Shown here: positions 24,691 through 35,645 of the stretch, one piece after another
Position numbering within the stretch: position 1 is the first letter of the stretch
Layout: the number at the start of each line of letters is the position of its first letter
Source of the DNA: Eledone cirrhosa
Taxonomy: Eukaryota
Direction: 5' to 3'
Length of the DNA stretch: 64,000 bases
Assembly: GCA_964016885.1 (NCBI GenBank)
Contig: OZ024741.1
Span: 74,586,001-74,650,000 of the forward strand
Made by a program: the position numbers and the translations under genes
Notes under the pieces: generated by a model
What the model was told of the DNA's origin: nothing
Seen by the model: the letters and a program-made list of their open reading frames with translations, nothing else
Database searches by the model: none

Positions 24691-25728
24691 TTGATGGTGG
24701 TGAAAAACCAAATGTTACTTATTCTGTCTGTAAAACAGCACATTATCTACTAGTATATTTCAAGGCAGCTACTACTTTGATGAAAATATCAACTATGCAA
24801 TAAATTTGATGTACTTTAACAACTTTTGTAGTCATTTTGTAATAGCATCTCTCAGATGTGTCAAACAGTGAATACCATTAAATACAACATTAAAATATCA
24901 TACATGAAGAGATAAAATATGATCACAAACCAATGAGGAAGACTCTACATGCACACTCTACCCACTAGAAATAACAACCAAACTTTCCTCATATCGCATC
25001 CTATCATTTTAACCATTTTCATACCAACACATTTGGAACCAGCCATGGTTCTTTGATACAAAACTCTCTATTTTAAAGTGTTCACATTTATATATAAATC
25101 CTTCCAGCAAAATATATATAGTCTTTCCATTGCTGAAACTATCTGCTGGTCACAACTGGCAGAAATGTCACCACATTTCTGGTGATAGGAGAGACAATAT
25201 TTGAACTCAGAACTCTTGGAACTGAAACAGATACCATAAAGTATCCAGTTCAAATATAATCATTCTACCAATCAACAAGTTTCTCCATTTTGCTCAATCC
25301 TCTACATTTTTCCTCACCAACCCTCTGGCTTTCATTTCTTTCTACATCAGCTTTCTTGGTCTTCCGGTTCCTTTACTCTGTTCCACATTTATTTCCATTA
25401 CTCCTCTCACCTAGTCACCACTGGCTCTATTCTTATCTGTAGTTCATTATTTGTCTTCCTTTGAATAAAACTAATGGATGAATAAGTGAGGCTTATGATA
25501 CACAAACACTTGCAAAGCAAAAAACAAGTCCCAATGAAGCTGAGTTTGTCACTAAAGTTCTATTGAAACTTTCTTTAAATTCAATACCTTTTGATTCTTA
25601 ATTGAAGCATTTTTCTTTTATTAACCCTTCTATTTCTTAACCTTCTCAAAATACTTTTGGCCCCTATGATACAAAACTGATAAATTTATCTAAAGAAACT
25701 TCTGTCATAATTTAATGTTCCAAACTAT

Positions 25729-26505
25729 AGGGTGCGGACGGTATTCATTCTCAATTTTCAACTGCTAATTGTACACATACTATTTTACTTTCATTGTCGG
25801 TTTTTCTTTGCTTGAAAACAATAACCAATTTTACATTCGCTTTTTGTAGAATAATTTGTGGAAGAGGCAATTTATGGAAAACACATGATCGACGATCTGA
25901 CATCATCACAATGCCAGAGTTTGTCTCTGAAGTCCTGAGATCATTAACAATGATCCCAGCAAGTCGATGTGTGCCATTGCAAAGGAGAAAGGTGTGGATG
26001 AAAATCTCATCAGGCTGGTGGTGCATGAGGACATTTGCTACTTTTCATAGAAGGGGAGGAAGGGACATGTTCTGTCCAAGGCAATGCAGGAAAAGAAACT
26101 CAAGTACACCAAGAAGCTGATCAATAAGTTGAAACGCTCACTGGAGCCAGACATGATGTGGTTCTTCTCTGATGAGAAGAACTTTTGCCAAGACCCAAAG
26201 ATCAGCTCCCAGAACAAGAGATGGTTTGCTGCTTCACCCAAGGATGTGCCCAGACTCATGCTGTCAGAGTGTCCAGCAACAATCATGGTCTTTGGTGTCA
26301 TCAGCAGTGAAGGTGATGTTATGCTACCTCACTTCTTCCCTGAGGGCCTCAGGCTGAACACGAATGGCTACATCCATGTTCTGAGCAAGCTGGTGAAGCC
26401 CTAGATTGATCTGATAGCTACAGGGAAGCTGTACATATGTCAGCAAGACCTGGCACCCTGCCACACAAGCCGGAAGACCCAGGCTTTTGGAGAACTTCTT
26501 CAACA
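25729..26505 (+). mobile_element. Tc1/mariner transposase pseudogene (maT/DD37D-like), 3'-truncated
   Basis: WFFSDEKNF..QNKRW..IMVFGVISSEG..YIHVL..VKP*...QQDLAPCHTSRKTQ; left end TA-TAGGGTG. The third catalytic residue is not present, so the family is inferred. Confidence 0.85.
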
Positions 26506-28479
26506 CAAGTTTTGCAAATATACCTCAAACTATAAAAACACTATGTTATTTTCCCCCCAGATAGTAATCTTGCAAATGAATACCATCTGCACCCTGTACA
26601 TCTTAAGAATGCTAAATCCATCCAAATTCTTGATTATTTTCAAAATTATTTCAAAATCATGGACAGTGCCTTCCAGTAGAAATATGATAACAAAAGTGTT
26701 GAAGTATTTATAATTATCTAAAAACTTTCCATTATAATTTTCTGTAAGAAACTTCATTATTCTCCAAATACCAGTTTAATAATGAGGAAGATAGATGTAT
26801 TAGTAAATCTCTCCAAATTCTTGATTATTTCCAAAGTCGATGACTTTTATGAGAAAAATGGTAACGAAAGGGTTAATGCTCTAACAACTTCCATAACATA
26901 ATTCCAATTTCTGTTCTGAAATCAATACGATATACATGTTTCTTTGAAATCAATAGGATATAAACATCTAATCGTGATGACAGTCCATAGAAATCAGCTG
27001 TTTCAATATGATATGGCACAGAGACTTTTCATGAATTTAATATTGAGTTGTACGTAATTGCATCTGAAATGTTGAAGCTCATCCAATCATATCCTTTTGT
27101 TGGTTGAACATGTTTTTCAGTAGCTTTATCTTTACTGTTCATTCACTGGACAATCAAGCACAGTTCTACATGCAACTTTATTACTTGATCGAATTTGAAG
27201 AATTGGCAGAGCGTTTGACAAGATTTCTTGTCTTATTTAGTTATAACCATTTACGTTCTGAATTAAAATCACCCTGCTATGGTCAAATTTATCTTTTGAA
27301 CTTCCAATGAAACCTCCAACAATACAAGTTGTTTTAGGTAATTTTTCATGCTAAAGCTGGGATTAAACTCGTGGGCCCTATGATAGGCTTTATACTCTGG
27401 GGGTCATGTTTTGCAGTCAGTTGTCCTTCCTGGTGCCAATGCCTTTAGTTGACTCTTACAACATGCAAGGATACAGTGTACCTTTTCTAAATAGAATACA
27501 CAGCATTTCCAGAGTTAATAAAATAGTACCAGTCAATATAATTTATTGTACCATCCCACCAAATTTCTGGCCTTATGCTTATGTAAGTAATTATTATTAT
27601 TTTAGTTATTAATAGTAAAGTAGTTGACAATAGAATGCAGTTCCCACATTTTAATATTATATGCTATTGGAAAGAATTCCAAATTTTATTTCTTAGGGAG
27701 AACTATTATCCTTCATTATATTAACCATTACATGGAATGGCTTGAGGTTCTATAATATGAAACTGTGTATGTAAGAAAGTTAAAGTGTTTACACCTTCCA
27801 TCATAATTTTATGTAAGAACCTTTGTTAAGTTAAGTTCCTAATAGCAGCTTTTAATAATGAGTACCTTATATTACTAAATGCCTCCAAATTATTGATTAT
27901 TTTTCAAAATTATTTGAACATTATAGATAGTGTTGTTTATAAGAAAATTAGTAATGAAAGGGTAAATGCAGTTCTATTTTAGCATCATACATTATCAGAA
28001 AAATTCCAAATTATATTTCTAAGGGAGAGTTATTATCCTTTGTTATATTAAAGTAAAGGCATATTGTAAGTAGGTGTTTCCAGAAGTGATTGACATTAAT
28101 TCCAGTTCTGTAATCAGTCAAGTGAAAGAAATTGGTAGCTGTATTGAAAGGGGCGGAAGAAAGAAGAGGAAAGTAACCGGAATAGTGCGACAAAGGAAGA
28201 AGTGGTTGAGACCACACTACACACGTGCACTTATATCCATACAAACACACATAAATTACATATATAGATACATACATATACATCTCATTTTTCCCTTTAA
28301 CAGTTCATAGCAACCATCAGTTAAATTTTAAATTTTGCTCAATGCTGTACCAAATGTGTTTTCTCTCTCATTAATTTCACTTCATCTCACCTTGCTCTTC
28401 CTTCTCCCTCATTGATGTGTCCATCCGTGAGTGTCCATCCATGAGTGTTTACATTTGTGTGTGTACCCTCGATTTTAAA

Positions 28480-28840
28480 ATTGGACTTGTTTGTGTAGTT
28501 AATAAATTTACTTTGCAACCAGGTTATTTTAGGTTCCTTCTCAATGCGTGGCACTTTGGGCAAGTGCCTTCTACTATAGCGTTAGACGGACTGATAGCTT
28601 GTGAGTGACATTCGGTAGACAGAAAATGAGCAAAAGCCTGCTGTGTGTATAAATATTTGTGTATGTGTCTAAGTACATTTACTGCTTATTTATTTCCCAA
28701 AACTTAGCAGTACCCCAAAGAGATCAATTAAGTATATAACTGACTTGAAAAGAAAAATACTAGTGTTGATAGGATTGACTAAATCCCATCAAGCCTGTGC
28801 CCTAACATGGACAGAGTCTAATGACAGAAACCACAAAAAT
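28480..28840 (+). mobile_element. Decayed tRNA-derived SINE (family S2)
   Basis: TTGCAACCA..GGTTC..TGCGTGGCACTTTGGGCAAGTG..CTACTATAGC. Related copies at ~41930-42410 (-), 46210-46610 (-), 49455-49610 (+) and 56460-56590 (-). Confidence 0.7.
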
Positions 28841-30049
28841 AACATATTGAATAATGTGGTTTTCAGTCAACTGTGCATAGTAACAGCTGGAAACGACTAA
28901 ACAACTGCTACTAAAAAACAACAACATAAATCAACAAGCAAGCTACTTATGGTCAGTTAAACTGCTCAAAATAATAACCAAATCTCCTTTAAATGATACA
29001 ACCTACTTTAACATTTTTGATACCCAAACTGCTCCTAGTTTTATGATACAAAATTGCTTATTTAAACAAAATTATTCAATAGATAGTGTATGGACTGTGT
29101 CTTTATCAAACATCATGGTGCATTGGATAACACATGCATCATGCAACTACCAAATGAATGTGGATATATCAGGACAATATGACAGGTTCATAATGACACA
29201 AGAAATAGCATCCACTATATCCGTCTATCAACTCAACAATTAAGGAGTAGCAAATTTCAAACAGAAAGTTATTTGTCATTAATATACTGCTATTTGATAA
29301 TGTTTGATTTTGTCTATTGAATACCTGTTTATATTTCCCAAAATCCCTGTGATGAAAGAATTTCTTAATTTATTGGGATAATTCATATTGTTTCTTAATT
29401 CGAGAAACTACAATTAAGGAGACAGTATAAGCAAAACCCTCTAATATTTGTTTGTCTAGCTTGTATTTTCCCCAATGGATGTTTTGGTATTAGTTAAACT
29501 ATGTTTTGAATGCTTCCCTTATTCTTTTCATTGAGATGTCCAAGTATGTGTATATATATAAGTATTTCAGACAAATAACTTTCTGTCTGAAATACTTATA
29601 TATATACACATACACTTTAAAGTGGTTATTTTTGTGCCATGATAAAAAGCACCCAGTCCACACTGTAAATGTGATTGACGTTAGGAAGGGCATCCAGCCA
29701 TAGAAACCAAGCCAGAAACAGTTCTGCATAGAAAAATGGACATTAAACAGTGATGATGATGACACAGACAATCAGACGGGGTAGGAAATCTTTGTCAGTT
29801 CTGATGAGTATCCCATAATACACTTATCAAAAAGATTGAACAGGACACAATGTATGACAAATTACAGGTTCAACTTCATTTTTTACCAGCTGAAATAAAG
29901 TGTCTTACTTAAAGACACAATGTGCTGCAGGAATCAAACTCATAATCTTCAGTTCCTGCAACTTCACAATATATATATCAATTTGTATTGGTGCTCTGAC
30001 ATTATGAATGTAAAACAACCCGTATATTATTAAATATACAATACGTACA

Positions 30050-30080
<31 letters not shown>

Positions 30081-31499
30081 ATTGCCAAAACACTATCTTT
30101 AAGATAGCATGTTAGTACTAGCAAGCAAATAACTGTATTTTTAAAATCAATGGAAAACACTGAAAAAGTTTTAAAGTTTGAAGAAAGAGCCTGTCTCCTA
30201 GCTAGACTATGTTTAACAGAATTAAGACTATTGTGTGCACATGAATAGCTAAAGCTTCAACACCAATGAGATGGCGATATTTCTTAGTTTATATACAATG
30301 TGGAAAGAATCACTACTGAGTTGTTTGTTGTGGATTTTAGCCACAGGCCATCCTTTATTGACCAGATCGAGCCACATCTCATAGATGTTCCATTTAAGCT
30401 TGTCAACTATTGACTATATATAAAAGCTATAATAGCAATTTAGACAGATCGAATCTATATGCAACCATATGAACCAATGAAGGAGTTCCCCAATGATCCC
30501 CTCTCTGACTTGCTAGAAGTAGCAATAACATCTCCCTCAATTCACACTCTCTACTATCTTAAATAAAGAAGAATACATTGGAAAAATGTGTTGCTGACAT
30601 AGAAAATGAGTGGGTAGTTATAATTGGAATGCTTTTGATTATATCAAAGAAATATTTACATCAACCTGCTAGAAATAGAAGTCAAGATGCTCAGATCACA
30701 TCTTAAAAAGCATAACAAGATAAATAATGTAGTTAAAGATACACTGTCTAAAAAATAGATGGGATGGTTATGGATGCTTTTTATTACATGTCTGTTCTAT
30801 CAGGAATGACCTGAAACCTAAGGGAAACAAATGAATACCTAAAATGCCACCATGAAAATACTAAATTCCATTTCTATCTGCCATCTAAGTTTGTTTGTTT
30901 TTTAAATTTTCATAAATATAACATTTTTTGTAAGAAGTGAATGAAAATCAGTTATATAAACTATCCCTCATGCTCTGTACCATTCCTAATTTTTAAATAT
31001 ATATATATAGAAGTTAAAATATGGACAGAAACTAGTAATGTAATCCATTGAAATATATCCAAAAAGAATAATCCTTGCTTTTTTGATTTCCAATGGAGAT
31101 TATGATAATAATAATTATTATTAGCAGAATCATTACTGCAGCAGAAAAAAATGCTTTGCAGTATTTGTTTTAAATCTTTATTTATCCTTCTGGGGTCGAT
31201 ACAAAAATGTACCAGTCAGGTAATGGGGAGACTGATGTAATTGAATTCAATTCAACACAAACAGTTGGCCATGTGCCTAAATTAGAAACCATTTATTATT
31301 ATAAAATAATCTAGAAACTATATAACTCAAAACACCATCATAATCAACATTTAATCAATAAAATTTAATTGCATATGACATTTAAAATTTTATTTTTTTT
31401 CTCAATATTTATTCTTCTTTATATAAAAATGATGAGAAAACTAATCCTATTTATATATCATTTGATACGCATACACATATTGTTAAAAGATGACAATTA

Positions 31500-31553
31500 T
31501 AGATACATACACACACACACACACATATATAAACACATACACACACATATATA

Positions 31554-31597
<44 letters not shown>

Positions 31598-31822
31598 TAC
31601 ATGCATATATATATATGCATACATACATATATACACATACATGCATATATATATATATATATACACATACATGCATATATATATATATATACACACATAC
31701 ATATACATGCATACATACATATATATGCATAAATACATACATACATACATAAATACATACATACATACATACATACATACATAAATAAATAAATAAATAA
31801 ATACATACATACATACATACAT
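31500..31822. repeat. Compound (CA)/(TA)/(ATAC)/(AAAT) microsatellite
   Basis: Directly visible; the PLE begins at its right edge. Confidence 0.97.
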
Positions 31823-34170
31823 AACCAACCGTCCTGATAACTTCGATGTCACGATGGGGTCCAGTGACTCAGCGCAAGCAACTGACCTGGTCGGGATATA
31901 CCTCCTACATAAGCTTAGGGAAGAAATACCGGCCCTACAAGGAGGTGTATATAGGGACGACGCCCTGTTTACCGTTAGGAACCATAGCCCCCGTAGGATA
32001 GAGGACCTTAACAAACATATACACAGGTTCTTTAAGTCATACGGCCTATCCGTAACTATGGACCTCAACCACAGGGTTGTCAACTTCCTGGACGTGACCC
32101 TGGAGTTGAGTACGGGCTTATACAAGCCATACCATAAGCCTCGAGAGTGCCTCTCTTATATTAATTATGCCTCCAACCACCCTAAGCAGACTCTCAACTC
32201 CATAGTCTATAGTATCTCACATAGAATCTCGAGGCTATCCGCCAATGAGGATATCTTCAACCAAGCGGCAGATTACTACAATAGGGCCCTGATAAGCGCC
32301 GGCTTTAACCGAGGAATTTCCTACATCCCTAACGCTAGCTCTAGAAACCACCCCCCTCATAAAACTAACGTTATAGTAAGCCATACCTATAACCGATCAC
32401 GCGGCGACCTCGTTGAAGTCGGATATAATAGAATAGATAACCGCACCAAAGATCACGTCCCCGGTGACGGTGAACACTGTAGATTATTCAAACTATTCCC
32501 CTATTACAAAACCAACAAAGGCGACGGCCTACTACCAACGCCTTCCAACCAGCATCTTCGTGTACATAAATATGGAAGAGGTAGAAAGAGTGCACCCGAG
32601 CATAAAGTGAAAGGGGCACCGAACGGGCGACTGCGCATTAACACACATAAGAGTGGTCACTTAGATGGAAAATCCCATAGCAAAAGTACAAGGACACGTA
32701 ATCGCCACCGTAACGTCCTATGGTTCCACCCCCCTACTCTCAGAGTGTGGCCTCCAACATACCCCGGATGTTCTTCGAAGCCTTAGAGAAGAACTTCCCG
32801 CCCAACCATAGGTATAGACAAATTCTTAATAGGAACAATATAAAAATATCCTTCTCTACTACTCCTAACCTAGCAGACATCATAGGAACAACGAACCACA
32901 GTAAGATCACCAAGACACAGACGCACCTACACCTGACAATAACTATATCGGCCTTAACAACTCCCTGGCAGCATCCAATAGTGTTGGCAACGGCATCCAC
33001 AGACGCAACCAGAATAACCGCAAAATGACTGGGGAACATGCAGAACATGACGTGCGGAATAACAATCGCACCACCCCGCGTGCTGTGGGTTGTAATTGTG
33101 CTAACGACAGCTGCGGTAGCGTAGGTAACAACGTAGGCAGCAACAATGATAGCCTTACCGTGGGAAATAGACGGGACCGCGACAGAAATTGCAACTGCCG
33201 CGACAGAGGACGCTGCCCCCTTAGAGGATACTGCTTGACTGATAGGGTTATATATAGATGCACTATTACTAGCCACAATAGCGTTAAACATTATATAGGC
33301 GCTACCTCCGGCCCGTTCAAAATTAGGTTTCGAACACATCTCCACTCTTTCACAAATAGAAAACTAAGGCACTCCACTTCGCTCGCGGACTACATCACAT
33401 CACTAAAGGACTTAAACATCAGCTTCTCCACGCACTGTGAGATTGTCGGCAGGGCTGCACCGTACAACTTCAAGAGGAAATGCGATCTTTGCCTCATGGA
33501 GCTCTACCACATCATAACTGCACCCCACGAGCTCATCAACAGCAGAGCTGAAACAGCGATAAGTTGTACACATCGCTTAAAAATATCCTTCTTCAGATGG
33601 GTTAAGGATGAAGAGTGAAATAGTACACCGGATCTCCCTGCAACAAGTCTTAACACCCCGGCGGGCAGGCGCTGCAAAATAACACCCAGGAAACAATCCT
33701 TGCATACCAGACCCAGCCTCAGACAAACGGATGCGGCAAAAAAAAAAAAAAACAAAAAAATTTGTCCGGGAAAGACTGCCCCTAACACCGGCCAGAGTTA
33801 CCTCCCTTGACCTGCTGCAAAATCAAAACAAGATATTTTTACGAGCAATGAACCTTGATGTGGATTTAACCCCAAAAACTCTTTCTGAGCAATATAAGGA
33901 ACACTTGTGATTATTTATGCCCTTGAGAAGTCCAACTGGGCGAAACGTACGTAGGTGATATTTTAAATAAACATGTTTTAACGGTCTATTCTCCGATTTT
34001 TTACTTTCCCACGTGCTTACGCTCTGCTAACTCTCTAGCCCACTAAATATTAACACTTCGAATATTTAATACTGCCGGCACTAGTATCGAGCACCTTTGG
34101 CATACGCTACTTGGCAAATAACTATATGTATCACCTATCCCCCCTTATTTTCTCTTTCTCGATACGTAAA
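31823..34170 (+). mobile_element. 5'-truncated Penelope-like element, Naiad-type (RT plus GIY-YIG), two frameshifts
   Basis: FDVTMGS..GVYRDD..VNFLDVT..SNHP in the RT, WFHPPYS..NRNNIKISFS in the linker, and CNCR..CPLRGYCL..VIY..YIG.T..FKIR..H..CDLCLME..LINSRAE..CTH in the endonuclease. Stop at 33618; 3' UTR contains a hammerhead. Confidence 0.92.
33921..33955 (+). ncRNA. Minimal hammerhead, U3:A8 variant, in the PLE 3' pLTR
   Basis: CC-UUGAGAA-GUCC-AACU-GGGC-GAAA-CGUACG-UA-GG with palindromic stem III ACGUACGU; AATAAA ~10 nt downstream. Confidence 0.72.
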
Positions 34171-34173
34171 TAC

Positions 34174-34212
<39 letters not shown>

Positions 34213-34311
34213 GCATAAATATATGCATAAATACATACGCATATATATATATATATATACACATGCATATATATATTGCATACATACATATATAAACATA
34301 CATGCATATAT

Positions 34312-34906
34312 ATATATGTAAGTATGTATGTATACGTACATACATATATGTATACAGACGTACAGTAGCATGCATATATATATATATATATACATACAGG
34401 TACACATACATATATGCACGTATCTGGCAGAAGGGTATACGGTGCTGATGATAGCAAACAATATATATATATATGCATGCTACTGTACGTCTGTATACAT
34501 ATATGTATGTACGTATACATACATACTTACATTTAAGTAAGTGCCGTACTAAGAGTGAGAAATGAAATTTCGTTTTCATTTTATTTCAACTTATCGTTTT
34601 CGGTATGCCTGACCGATTAAACTCACTCGATATGCAAATTAGGCTGCTCAGCCGTTAATTTTCATAAGGAAAGTATATACTTTCGAACGTTCAACTCTCT
34701 GGCAGAAGGGTATACGGTGCTGATGATAGCTAACAAACTTGAAACTAGTACATCGTTCCTGTGTCAGTGTTGAACAAAAAGGTGACGTGGTTGCCTTAAC
34801 AGGGTATGGCATAAATTCAGGCTGTTCAGTTTGTTTACAAACGAACAAAGCGGCGTTATAATAAGCGTCCGCTAAACTGATACGTGCATATATGTATGTG
34901 TACCTG

Positions 34907-34937
<31 letters not shown>

Positions 34938-35053
34938 GCATGCTACTGTACGTCTGTATACATATATGTATGTACGTATACATACATACTTACATTTAAG
35001 TAAGTGCCGTACTAAGAGTGAGAAATGAAATTTCGTTTCCATTTTATTTCAAC
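34312..35053. repeat. Complex local duplication/inversion around a hammerhead unit
   Basis: ~34318-34423 is the reverse complement of ~34879-34993; 34424-34455 equals 34700-34730; ~34465-34590 repeats directly at ~34930-35053. Confidence 0.85.
34715..34755 (+). ncRNA. Type I hammerhead-like motif (canonical core)
   Basis: Stem I CGGUG/CAUCG, CUGAUGA, weak stem II (AG/CU), GAAA, palindromic ACUAGU stem III, GUA site. Confidence 0.65.
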
Positions 35054-35063
35054 ATATATATAT

Positions 35064-35094
<31 letters not shown>

Positions 35095-35126
35095 AATATA
35101 TGCATACATACATATATAAACATACA

Positions 35127-35172
<46 letters not shown>

Positions 35173-35277
35173 TTAGAACCCTGTAACCATTAAGCTCTAA
35201 GTATAAAGTACAAATAAATACTGAGCCGATTAACAATATATAGTAAGAAACAGTAAACCGTGTGTCTAAAATTACAA

Positions 35278-35313
35278 GGGTTGAAAAACCACATATGCTT
35301 GAAATATTTAACC
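35278..35313 (+). ncRNA. Decayed U3:A8 hammerhead-like motif (inverted copy at ~35457-35493)
   Basis: GGG-UUGAAAA-ACCACAUAUGCUU-GAAA-UAUU-UA-ACC with palindromic AAAUAUUU. The segment ~35242-35332 is mirrored at ~35437-35530. Confidence 0.4.
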
Positions 35314-35645
35314 AAGAAACAGACAGGATGACAAAATGAAAATAAAAATAAAAATATATTATCATAATACAAACCGCCTCAATAACCATTATATCTCTCG
35401 GACAGATTATCCCTAATCTGTTTTGCCCTGAGTGTGTGTCATCCTGTCTGTTTCTTGGTTAAATATTTCAAGCATATGTGGTTTTTCAACCCTTGTAATT
35501 TTAGACACACGGTTTACTGTGTTTCTTACTATATATTATATATATATATATATAAATATATGCATACATACATATATAAACATACATGCATATATATATA
35601 TATGTATATACATATAAATATATGCATACATACATATATATATAT

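Noticed and set aside
29798-29841. GTT-CTGATGA-GTAT..ATAC..AAC hammerhead-like string
   Set aside because: No GAAA adjacent to stem II and no valid stem III or UH site; chance or too decayed.
32740-33345. 201-aa hydrophobic minus-strand ORF
   Set aside because: Antisense shadow of the N-rich PLE coding region with no recognisable domain.
33845-33895. Possible SECIS (ATGA...AA...TGAG) in the Naiad-type PLE, since some Naiads encode selenoproteins
   Set aside because: The intervening helix does not pair and no in-frame TGA is needed in the visible ORF. The missing 5' part cannot be assessed.
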